DNA from: Mobula hypostoma
Lineage: Eukaryota
NCBI RefSeq assembly: GCF_963921235.1
Contig: NC_086097.1
Coordinates: 46,936,001-47,000,000 of the forward strand
Reading direction: 5' to 3'
DNA length: 64,000 bases
The first letter of the stretch is position 1. Each line of letters begins with the position of its first letter. Below the pieces are notes generated by a model that saw nothing but the letters and a program-made list of their open reading frames with translations, made no database searches and was not told where the DNA came from. The translations under genes and the position numbers were made by a program. Shown piece after piece: positions 37,705-48,800 of this stretch.

Positions 37705-38362
37705 TGAAGAAGAAGAAGAATATCTTTATTGTCATTGTTGTGAAGTAATGAAACACAGTTTAGCAGCTCAACGTTTTGCAGCACGACAAGAATATATACA
37801 TAAAATAAACTCTAAAACCTCAGGAGTGCAGTCCAAAATTAATAACATATGGATGGGGAGTGGGGTAGGACTATTGCACACCTGCCATTCCTGGAAGTGT
37901 GATGCATTTAGCTGCCGCCGTCTTAGGAGTGGGGCAGGAGAAGGGAAGGGGGTGTTATACATTTCACTGCTTGTGGGTAGAAGCTGTTAAGGAGTCTCTT
38001 TGTTTTCGTCCTTAATGCTCTGTATCTCTTCCCAGAAGGTAGAGGGGAAAACAGGTGATGTCCAGGATGAGTGGGATCCTTTGAAATACAAGTAGCCTTC
38101 TTTTGAAGTCTGCCAGTATAAATGTCTCTGAGGGAGGGTTATGTTGTGCCAATAACCTGCTCTGCTACCCTCACCACGTGCTGCAAGTCCTTCCTGTTCT
38201 GTTCTGTGCAGCTGGCAAACCACACTGCACAGCAATACGTCAGGAGGCTCTCTATAGTTGTCCGATAGAAGTCGATCAGCAGATGATGAGGGAGGAGAGC
38301 GTTCCTTAGGAAGCAGAGCCTGTGTTGGGCCTTCCCCACCTGATAAGAGATATGGGCAGTCC
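37705..38362 (-). mobile_element. Rex1/Babar-type LINE fragment
   Basis: KAQHRLCFLR...FYRTTIESLLTYCCAVWF; (TTC)n tail; AGGTGA duplicated on both flanks. Confidence 0.85.
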
Positions 38363-39390
38363 AGGTGAATTGGTCATTGTAAATTGTCTCATGATTAGGC
38401 TACGGTTAAATCGGCGTTGCTTGGCGCGAAGGGCCTATTCCGCGCTATATTTCAATAAATAATAAATAAGTAAATGCGAAAAGAATAGTCGACATCAGGA
38501 GCATGGGGATCGATCGAGAGTGGTGCAGTGCTTCCCAGCCTGTCTCCTGAGGATAGGGTCAGGGGCAGTTAGACTGATTAAGGTTTTCCACCGGGGGTCT
38601 GAAATCATGTGTAGTTATACCTTGCAGTGGAAGGATAGGAACAAGTGAAATATTAATGCACTGTTAGGTCGATTGCCTATTGAGAGGGGACGCCGATGAA
38701 AGATCTAATACTGATATCTGCGTTACCTAAATATATAATTGGAATAAATGTACTGCAGGGACAGACAGTACAGAACAAATCGGAAAAATTCTTGTTTGTC
38801 ATCTTTAACGTGACCGTTTTAGTGAAGTTAGCGAAGTCGGAGTCCCGTCAGACACAGCCATCCAGCGCCGTGGTCTGCCTGACGCAGTATCGGATACTGG
38901 GAGGCTTGATAAGACATTCAACCACAAAGTATAACGGTCCTGTTGGCCAGCTAATCAAGCGGCAGCTGGAGAATAAGATTTGATTATCGCCAGCAAAATA
39001 AACACACCCCTGCGTTAGCTGCAGTCGTCCAGAACATACTGACTTCAGTGGAGCCAAGAAATATCACAGAGGGAAGCGAGACCCGACCCGACCTCTCCAT
39101 CATGACATGGTTGCTCTCGGAGTACTCCGCTAACAAGTTGGGGAGAACACAGAAAGTGTCTATTGTAAAGTGCAGAACGAGCAAGCCCGGCCCCGGGAAG
39201 GAGTCGGCAAGTTGCACGAACGTGTAGTCAACACGCCCGTGGATAGGATAGGTATCTATCAAACCTCCCATCCATAATGTCCCCTCCCCTCCTGTTACAG
39301 GGGAAGTGCCTTGTGAACGGCTGCCTGAAGCAAGCACTTGATTTATGCACGGTCCCAGTCACCAGAAAGCTGACATACACGGGTGGAAAG

Positions 39391-39542
39391 TAAACAACAG
39401 GAATTCTGCAGATGCTGGAAATTCAAGCAACACAACTCAAAGTTGCTGGTGAACGCAGCAGGCCAGGCCGCATCTCTAGGAAGAGGTACAGTCGACGTAC
39501 CTCTTCCTAGAGATGCTGTACCAGCAACTTTGAGTTGTGTTG
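39391..39542 (-). mobile_element. Fold-back Penelope-like mini-insertion
   Basis: 13-bp TSD CACGGGTGGAAAG (39378-39390 and 39543-39555). Hairpin GCATCTCTAGGAAGAGGTAC-AGTCGAC-GTACCTCTTCCTAGAGATGC plus a 23-bp outer inverted repeat. Confidence 0.9.
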
Positions 39543-39730
39543 CACGGGTGGAAAGCTGCTGCATTTAACTCAGCCACAGGAATAACAGCAGCCCGGAGAA
39601 ACCAGCTGCCCATATTAGATAGAGGACTGGCCCAGCCCAGATACGGCAGACGTATTATACTGAACCTCTGTCACAGCAGCAACGATTTAAATGCACGCTC
39701 AACAAGCACAGACTGTTGAAAGATATGCTG

Positions 39731-39862
39731 GAAGGGCCTCGGCCCGAAACGTCGATTGTTTATTCCCTTCCATAAATGCTACTCGACCCGCGGAGTTCCT
39801 CCTGTATTTGTATGTGTGTGCTGTTAAAGATATCCGACATCTGCCGAATCTCTTGCGCTTAT
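39731..39862 (+). mobile_element. Penelope-like fragment with 3' half of hammerhead motif
   Basis: GAA-GGGC-CTCG-GCCC-GAAA-CGTC-GATTG followed by the family tail. Confidence 0.7.
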
Positions 39863-40066
39863 TAAGTACAGGATTTCCTCACTATGGTTTACACGTATTC
39901 AGGTCTTTTGACGGTAATTCCTTGTATCTAGGCGAATCTTAAGGCATACTCTTAAGGGATTGCAGGAGTTCATGTGTTGTAAAGGGCCCCGCAAAAAAAA
40001 ACGATACTGTAATGGGTCCCATTTTTCAAGAGAAGCTGAAATGTATCATATACCCTATTATCCCCC

Positions 40067-40380
40067 TGCGTTGGCACGTGGCCAAGTGGTTAATGTGTTC
40101 GTCTAGTGATTTGAAGGTCGCTAGTTCGAGCCTTGGCTGAGGCGGTGTGTGTGTGTCCTTGAGCAAGGCACTTAACCACACATTGCTCTGCGATGACACC
40201 GGTGCCAAGCTGTATGGGTCCTAATGCCCCTCCCTTGGACAACATCGGTGGCGTGGAGATGGGAGACTTGCAGCATGGGCAACTGCTGGTCTTCCATACA
40301 ACCTTGCCCAGGCCTTCGCCATGGAAACTTTCCAAGGCGCAAAACCATGGTCTCATGAGACTAATGAATGCCTATATATA
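40067..40380 (+). mobile_element. tRNA-derived SINE with CORE-like central domain
   Basis: A box TGGCCAAGTGG (40079-40089), B box GTTCGAGCC (40124-40132), GTGTCCTTGAGCAAGGCACTTAACC, and a 10-bp TSD ATTATCCCCC. Confidence 0.88.
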
Positions 40381-40414
40381 ATTATCCCCCAGCACTAAGG
40401 CCAATTATAAGGAT

Positions 40415-42160
40415 GAACATAGAGCACTACAGCACAGTACAGTCCCTTCAGCCCATGACATTATGACATTAGCCTATTCTAAGATCAACTTAACACTTCC
40501 CTCCTACATAGCCCTCCATTTGTCTGTCATTGGCAGTACTTGTAAGCCAATTCTAAATCCACACATCCCTGTTTCCCTCCATCCCATCCTGTTCTGACTT
40601 TCTTAATGAGCCTTCCATGGGGAACCTTATCAAATGTCTTACTAAAATCCATATGCACCACATCCACTGCAATAATTTCATCAAAAACACAGAGATTCTG
40701 CAGATGCTGGAAATCAAGAACTCTACACACAGAATACTGGAGGAACTCAGCAGGTCATGCAGTATCATTGGAAATGAATAAACAGTCGGCCTTTCAGGCC
40801 AAAAGTGGTGCTTTGTCACATCATTAAATAATTCAATCAAGGTCGTGAGGCATGACCTGACCTTCATAAAGCCAAGCCTAATCAGACCATGTTACTCCGA
40901 ATGCTTGTAAATCTTGTCCCTAAGAATCTTCTCCAATAATTTTGTCATGGTCTGGTCCATGAAGTCGGCATTCCGGTTCACGGTCCGGTCCATCGACCCT
41001 TGCTCCAGGTTTCCCTGTCTACCTTGTTTCTGTTCCTGTTGAGCACTAATTGAGGCAGCTGATTCTCATTGGGGCTGGCTGCATAAATACCTCCAGAGAC
41101 CAGGGTGTGGCTGCTGGATTGTTCTTGTCCTTACTCCTTGTATCCCTTCCCCTGCCTTCTGTTTCCTCGCCTGAAGCCATGCCTTGCCTTGCCTTGCCTT
41201 GCCTTGCCTTGTCTTGCTGGTAACTCTCACCTCGTCTCACCTGAAGTCTTGTCTTGGAGCCACCCTGTACCTAGCTCCCTTCCTGTCCCTTGCCTCCACC
41301 GGGTAAGTCAGGTCATCTTGCCGTTACCCTGCGGTTGGTTCTGTCCCTTCCTGTCCCTTGCTTCCGTCGGGTGGAGCACCGCACCCTGCCCAGGAGGAGC
41401 TTCAAGACCCTAAGCCTCGAGCCTCGAGCCTCGCCCCAAGCCAAGCTTCAAGACCCCAAGTCTTGAGCCGCGCCCCAAGCCAAGCTTCAAAACCCAAGCC
41501 TCAAGTCCCAAGTCTCTGATCTCCAGCCTTGCCTCAAGTCTCTGGTCTCCAGCCTCGTCCTGCCTGCCAGCCAAGTCACGTCCTTGCCTAGCTCTGGGGT
41601 CTGAGCCAGAGGCAAGACCCAGGTTCTGGGTCCTTGTCCAGTCTCTGGCTCAGAGTCCAAGCCCGGGCTCCTAGCTCTCTTGTCCAGTCCTGTTCCGGGT
41701 TCCCGGTTTTTGTGTCCATGTCCTTGCCCTTACCTGCCAAGGCTTTCTCATACCTTCTTCTAGCTCTTCCAAGTCCATTCTTCATCTCTTTCCTGGCTAC
41801 CATGTAATTCTCTGCAGCTGTGTCTGATCCTTGCTTTGTAAACTTTAAGTAAGCTTTTTATTCCTCTCTTGACTAGATGCTCCATATCGCTTGTTAACCA
41901 TGGTTCCTTCATCCTACCATAGTTTCCCTGCCTCAAAGGGACAAAGCTATCAAGAACCCCATGCAAGTTATCCCCAAACAATCTCCACATTCCTGTTGTG
42001 CATTTCCCTGAGTACATCTGTTCCCAATTTTTGCTCCTAAGTTCCTGTCAAATAGCATCATAATCCCTCTTCCTCCAAATAGATGTTTTCCCATACCACC
42101 TGCTATTATCCCTCTCCAAGGCTAGGGAGAGTGGGCACTGTCTCCCAAATGCTCATCCAA
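40415..42160 (-). mobile_element. CR1 LINE fragments with Penelope scrap (about 40683-40803) and LTR insertion
   Basis: VDVVHMDFSKTFDKVPHGRL and RSCLTTLIELF; CR1 tail at 40415. Confidence 0.85.
40943..41730 (+). mobile_element. Solo LTR-like element, copy 3 (divergent subfamily, 3'-truncated)
   Basis: Starts TGTCATGGTCTGGTCC. Shares GCAAGACCCAGGTTCTGGGTCCTTGTCCAG with the other copies. No TGACA end or right TSD. Confidence 0.75.
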
Positions 42161-43819
42161 TGAATGAATCTTGAAGCAACATATTCTCTATTAAACCAAC
42201 CCACACCTTACAAGGGTGACTGGCTGTACTACCCCAAGCCTTGTACAACCTTGGACAATGGACTCCTACCCCAAAGGTTGTCGATGACCAGATGATCAAA
42301 TGTACTTTGGAACCTGAGTTGGAAATGGGCACTGTGGAAGGGAAAGTATGGGTGTACATTCCAAACTTTCCAGCTTGCAAGAACGAGAATGTGACAAGTG
42401 GAGGTAATAACACATATTGGGTGTTAGTACAAGAGGAAGGCCATCTGGTGTATTTAAACAGGGAGAAATTAACAAAATAAGAATGGTTTTTAAAACTTTG
42501 GAAAACTGATAACAAATGCTCTGCTCTGTTTCAGGTGGAACAAGAGTGCTTCTGGAGCTATTCTAATCAGTGACATAGGTTTTCCTATGGGCAGAGAGTG
42601 TCATCTGGATGTGCAGGAAGGACTCACAAAGATCTACAATGGATGAAGGAGACATTTTTTGATTAACCCCCCTCCCCCCCCAACAGGTTCACGGAATCAG
42701 ACTGAATAACTGCAAATGGGATTGCATTACTCAAAATAAAGCATGAGATTGGGGAACAAACATTAAGAGATGGAAATGTACTGGTATAAGTGTTATGTTA
42801 GGTTAATAAAGGATGTAAAAAGGGGAAATCTCTTTGTGCAAATGGGAATCATCCCTTTGACTGGGTCACAACCAGTGCTAAGAGACAGAGGCTGCATGAA
42901 AGGCTGTTGGGACCCTGAGGTTCCCTCCAGTATTATATAGATGAGTTAATTCAGAGGGACAGCAACTGATGTATTTTTAGTAAAATGATCCAACATATAG
43001 TTACCAGGCTGTTCAGGTCCCGTTTTCCAATTTAAACAATAAATTTCAACCTATCAACTAGGTGTAAATGGAACTCCAGTACTTTCAATAATTAATCTGT
43101 CCATCCTAAGTGCCTGCTTTGTCAATGCATTGCAGAAACCTATGCTGCAGATCTCGCATATCATCGCACTCAGAAAGTTCTGAACTATTTGGCTGCACCA
43201 CCAGATGGAGCATTTCATAGTTTTTCAACGTTCCATATGACGATAGTAAAAAGATCACAGCTTTATTATGAAGTAATGACTAGGATCTGTAAGTGCTTAC
43301 AGGTTACATACAAGAAAGCCATTTTATTTATTTTGTTCTGATGAAGGAGGTTCCCTTATAAATTTGCTAAATTACCTCTTCTGTTATTTTTGTTCCACCT
43401 CAAACCCAGAGAAGTATCCCAAAAGGCATTTTTAACCCTACATATTTTCTGTAAACTTAGATAGGCAGTCAGTTAAAACTGATTCATAAATATATTAAAA
43501 AGAAGCAGACAGTTCAGCCATCTCTGTCTGCTTAATGAGATCTTTTATTGCTACAAACATCACTTTCTAGCACTAACTTCATAACCCATGATTCTCTAAT
43601 ATTGAAAAATTCTCGCAATCCTTGTCTCCAGTATTCTCAACAACTGAGTTGCATTGTCCTTTTGGTCAAGAATTTCAAAGATTTCGTCCTCCTAAATGAA
43701 GAAATTCCTATTCACCAGGGGCAAATTGTAATGAGGATATTGTAACACTGCCATAGGATTTAGACAGATTGACGAGTGGATGAAAACTGTTTACAGTAAT
43801 AATAAATGTTTAATTTGGG

Positions 43820-44535
43820 AAACAGCACACACAATCTGATGGAGGAACTCAGCAGGTCGAGCAGTATTGCTGGAAGGGAAACATCTTTTTGACATTCCGA
43901 TGGAAGCTCTGCATCAGAACTGGGATTTGAGAGACGAGATGGCCAACATAGAGAGGAGAATGGGAGTGGCAATAAAGGATAATGAGGCATTTGGTGGACT
44001 GAAGAGGGGTGTGAGATGAAAATCCGATAGAGACAGCTAGGCAAGATGAATAGGGTGAAGTTGGGAGAATGTGGGAGGCAGATGATAGATGGAGGCAGAA
44101 AAAGAGAGGAGAGAAAAAAAAACTATGAATTAAGTGGATGAGCGAAGTTTGAAGACGAGAGACAGCTGAAGGAGGAAAATGATCAGAAACACAAAGCACT
44201 ACCCGAGCTGGGTTTGCATAAGTAAAAGAGGTGAGATCAGGAACCATTAGAGGAGAAGGGAGAGCTGAAGCTATATGGATGTGTGGGGAAGAGGGGAATC
44301 TTTGTGTGGTGGGTAGATGGAGCTAAGGAGGGGAACGGATTCAAAGATAGCTTGGGGGATTCTCATGGGAATGGTGGAAAAGGGGCCAAAATTGTAAAGA
44401 CTGGAGTATTGGGGGTGGGGGGGGGGCAAGTTATATGAAATTGGAAAATTCATGCCATTGGATTACAGATAATTCAGGTGGAATATAAAGTGTTGCTCTT
44501 CCAGTTTGCATTGGTCTTCAGTCTGGCAGTAGAGA
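43820..44535 (-). mobile_element. Penelope-like element 3' region
   Basis: Minus strand CKLEEQHFIFHLNYL*SNGMNF (GIY-YIG C-terminus-like), then a pyrimidine-rich UTR, a decayed hammerhead (about 43885-43923) and the family tail. Confidence 0.7.
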
Positions 44536-45877
44536 AGTGTCTCTTGTGTCTCCTAGTATGAGGTAAATAAGAGGAATAAAATGCAAAGAGACCGCAAATG
44601 CATGTCACACGAAGTCAACAAGCAAATGCAACATGTAGCTTAGAGGGCAAATGGTATGCTGGCCTTTATTGCAGATGGTTGGAATTTAGAAAGAGGGATG
44701 AGACTATCCCTTAAGTACCACTTATGGTTTTGGTCCCTTTACCCGAAGGTGTTTATTGTACACTGGAATTGCAGGGGGATGGGAACCAGAGTGCCAGGGC
44801 AGCTGGGGAATTGGATGTGTGGTAAGTATGTGTTAAGCCTACTTACAGTATAAAGACAGGAACCAGAAGAAGTGGGACTAATTTTCTGGCTTGCAGCTAT
44901 TTCAATGCAAGTATTGTAAGTAAGGCAGATGAGCTCAGAACATGGATCAGCACATGGAATTATGATATTGTAGCCATTATAGAGACTTGGTTGCAGGAGA
45001 GGCAAGACTGACATTTTATTGTTCTGGAATTCTGTTGTTTTAGATATAATATAGAAACATAGAAGACCTACAGCACGATACAGGCCCTTCGGCCCACAAT
45101 GCTGTGCCAAACATGTACATACTTTAGAAATTACCTAGGGTTACCCACAGTCCTCTACTTTTCTAAGCTCCATGTACCTATCTAAGAGTCTCTTAAAAGA
45201 CCCGATTGTTTTCACCTCCACCACCGTTGCTGGCAGCTCATTCCGCACACTCATCACTCTCTGCGTAAAAAACTTACTCTGACATCTCCTCTGTACCTAC
45301 TTCCAAGCACCTTAAAATTGTGCCCTCTCATGTTAGCCATTTCAGCCCTGGGAAAAAGCCTCTGACTATCCACACAATCAATGCCTCTCATCATCTTATA
45401 CACCACTATCAGGTCACCTCTCATCCTCCGCCATTTCAAGGAGAAAAGGCCGAGTTCACTCAACCTATTCTCATAAGGCATGCTAACCAATCCAGGCAAC
45501 ATCCTTGTAAATCTCATCTGCACCCTTTCTATAGTTTCCACATCCTTCCTGTAGTGGGGTGACCAGAACTGAGCACAATACTCCAGGTAGGGTCTGACCA
45601 GGGTCCTATACAGCTGGAACACTACTTCTCGGCTCTTAAACTCAATCCAACTGTTGATGAAGGCCAGTGCACCATTGCCTTCTTAAACACAGAGTCAATC
45701 TGCACAGCAGCTTTGAGTGTCCTATGGACTTGGACCCCAAGATCCCTCTGATCCTCCACACTGTCAAGAATCTTACCATTAATACTCTATTCTGTCTTCA
45801 TATTTGACCTACCAAAATGAACCACCTCACACTTATCTGGGTTGAACTCCATCTGCCACTTCTCAGCCCAGTTTTGC

Positions 45878-48800
45878 TGTCATAATGGGAGTGCTAGGAG
45901 CAGACCCAAATGCAAGACACAGACACTGAAGTACTAGAAACAGGACTTGACTAGAGAGCTGGGACCAGAACACAGACTTGGGCTAGGACATTGGCTAGGC
46001 AAGCAGGACCAGGACAAGGAACTGGGAACTAGGAGCCTGGGCTTGGACTCCGAGCTGGAAACTGGAAAAGGACCCAGAATCTGGGTCTTGACTCGGGCTT
46101 GGATCCCGGACTAGGCGAGGACATGATGTGGCTACAGGACTGGACATGGCTTGGGCTCCTCATGGCTTGGGTTCTTTGAGGCGAGGCATGACGAGGCTTG
46201 GGTTCTTCGAAGCGAGGACATGATGAGGCTTGGGTTCTGACTCTGAGCCAGAGACTGGACAAGGACCCAGACCTGGGTCTTGACTTGGGCTCGGACCGCA
46301 GAACTAGGCGAAGACATGACGTGGTCTTGGGAGACAGGAATGGCGAGGCTACAGGACAGGATGAGAGAACTCTAGCAGAGGACAAGAGAACCCCAGCACA
46401 GGACGAAGCACACGGACAGGACGAGGGAACTCCAGCACAGGACGAGGCACACGGACAGGACGAGGGAACTCCAGCACGGGACGAGGCACACGGACAGGAC
46501 GAGGGAACTCCAGCACAGGACGAAGCACACGGACAGGACGAGGGAACTCCAGCACGGGACGAGGCACACGGACAGGACGAGGGAACTCCAGCACAGGACG
46601 AAGCACACGGACAGGACGAGGGAACTCCAGCATAGGACGAGGCACACAGACAGGATGAGGGAACTCCAGCGCAGGATGAGGCACGTAGACAAGACAAGAG
46701 AACTGCAGCACAGGACGAGGCACACGGACAGGACGAGAGAACTGCAGCACAGGACGAGAGAACTGCAGCGCAGGACGAGGCACACGGACAGGACGAGAGA
46801 ACTGCAGCGCAGGACGAGGCACACCAACAGGACGAGAGAACTGCAGCGCAGGACGATGCACACGAACAGGACGAGAGAACTGCAGCGCAGGACGAGAGAA
46901 CTGCAGCGCAGGACGAGGCACACGGACAGGACGAGAGAACTGCAGCGCAGGACGAGAGAACTGCAGCGCAGGATGAGGCACACGGACAGGACGAGAGAAC
47001 TGCAGCGCAGGACGAGGCACACGGACAGGACGAGAGAACTGCAGCGCAGGACGAGGCACATGGACAGGACGAGAGAACTGCAGCGCAGGACGAGGCACAC
47101 GGACAGGACGAGAGAACTGCAGCGCAGGACGATGCACACGGACAGGACGAGAGAACTGCAGTGCAGGACGAGAGAACTGCAGCGCAGGACGAGGCACACG
47201 GACAGGACGAGAGAACTGCAGCGCAGGACGAGGCACACGGACAGGACGAGAGAACGGCAGCGCAGGACGAGGCACACGGACAGGACGAGAGAACTCCAGC
47301 GCAGGACGAGGCACACGGACAGGACGAGAGAACTCCAGCGCAGGACGAGGCACACGGACAGGACGAGAGAACTCCAGCGCAGGACGAGGCACCCGGACAG
47401 GACGAGAGAACTCCAGCGCAGGACGAGGCACACGGACAGGACGAGAGAACTCCAGCGCAGGACGAGGCACACCAACAGGACGAGAGAACTGCAGCGCAGG
47501 ACGAGGCACACGGACAGGACGAGAGAACTGCAGCGCAGGACGAGGCACACGGACAGGACGAGAGAACTGCAGCACAGGACGAAGCACACGGACAGGACGA
47601 GAGAACGGCAGTGCATGACGAGGCACACGGACAGGACGAGAGAACTCCAGCGCAGGACGAGGCACACGGACAGGACGAGAGAACTCCAGCGCAGGACGAG
47701 GCACACGGACAGGACGAGAGAACTGCAGCGCAGGACGATGCACACGGACAGGACGAGAGAACTGCAGCGCAGGACGAGGCACACGGACAGGACGAGAGAA
47801 CTGCAGCGCAGGACGAGGCACACGGACAGGACGAGAGAACTCCAGCGCAGGACGAGGCACACGGACAGGACGAGAGAACTCCAGCGCAGGACGAGAGAAC
47901 TCCAGCGCAGGACGAGGCACACGGACAGGACGAGAGAACTCCAGCGCAGGACGAGGCACACGGACAGGACGAGAGAACTGCAGCGCAGGACGAGGCACAC
48001 GGACAGGACGAGAGAACTGCAGCGCAGGACGAGGCACACGGACAGGACGAGAGAACTGCAGCGCAGGACGAAGCACACGGACAGGACGAGGGAACTCCAG
48101 CATAGGACGAGGCACACAGACAGGATGAGGGAACTCCAGCGCAGGACGAGGCACGTAGACAAGACAAGAGAACTGCAGCGCAGGACGAGGCACACGGACA
48201 GGACGAGAGAACTGCAGCGCAGGACGAGGCACACGGACAGGACGAGAGAACTGCAGCGCAGGACGAAGCACACGGACAGGACGAGGGAACTCCAGCATAG
48301 GACGAGGCACACAGACAGGATGAGGGAACTCCAGCGCAGGACGAGGCACGTAGACAAGACAAGAGAACTGCAGCGCAGGACGAGGCACACGGACAGGACG
48401 AGAGAACTGCAGCGCAGGACGAGGCACACGGACAGGACGAGAGAACGGCAGCGCAGGACGAGGCACACGGACAGGACGAGAGAACTCCAGCGCAGGACGA
48501 GGCACACGGACAGGACAAGAGAACTCCAGCGCAGGACGAGGCACACGGACAGGACGAGAGAACTCCAGCGCAGGACGAGGCACCCGGACAGGACGAGAGA
48601 ACTCCAGCGCAGGACGAGGCACACGGACAGGACGAGAGAACTGCAGTGCAGGACGATGCACACGGACAGGACGAGAGAACTGCAGCGCAGGACGAGGCAC
48701 AAGGACAGGACGAGAGAACTCCAGCGCAGGACGAGGCACACGGACAGGACGAGAGAACTCCAGCGCAGGACGAGGCACACGGACAGGACGAGAGAACTGC

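Larger units (their letters stand above)
33340..38472 (+). mobile_element. V-SINE split into three parts (about 33340-33397, 37605-37704, 38369-38472)
   Basis: tRNA-like head with A/B boxes (TGGTTAACATG; GAATTCAATTCC). V-domain TGTAAGGAGTATGTACGTCCTCCCCG...GGGTGCTCC. CR1-like tail GAAGGGCCTATTCCGCGCT followed by (TAAA)n. Confidence 0.7.
38476..42480 (+). pseudogene. ERV-L-like pro-pol remnants with internal deletions
   Basis: ISALPKYIIGINVL; QYRILGG; GSWRIRFDYRQQN; SIMTWLLSE...KLGRTQ; EGVGKLHERV; GWKAAAF; LTMVYTYSGL; NGSHF; YHIPYYP; HTLQG*LAVLPQALYNL; GKVWVYIP...GNNTYWV...KLTK* (stop at 42478-42480). Confidence 0.85.
30021..43300 (+). mobile_element. Fragmented class III (ERV-L/ERV-S-like) endogenous retrovirus
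   Basis: Collinear PBS, gag, pro, RT start, tether, RNase H, integrase and a post-pol splice acceptor, all on +, separated by younger insertions. Confidence 0.8.

Noticed and set aside
40070..40140. tRNA gene
   Set aside because: The A and B boxes belong to a TSD-flanked SINE head; no full cloverleaf.
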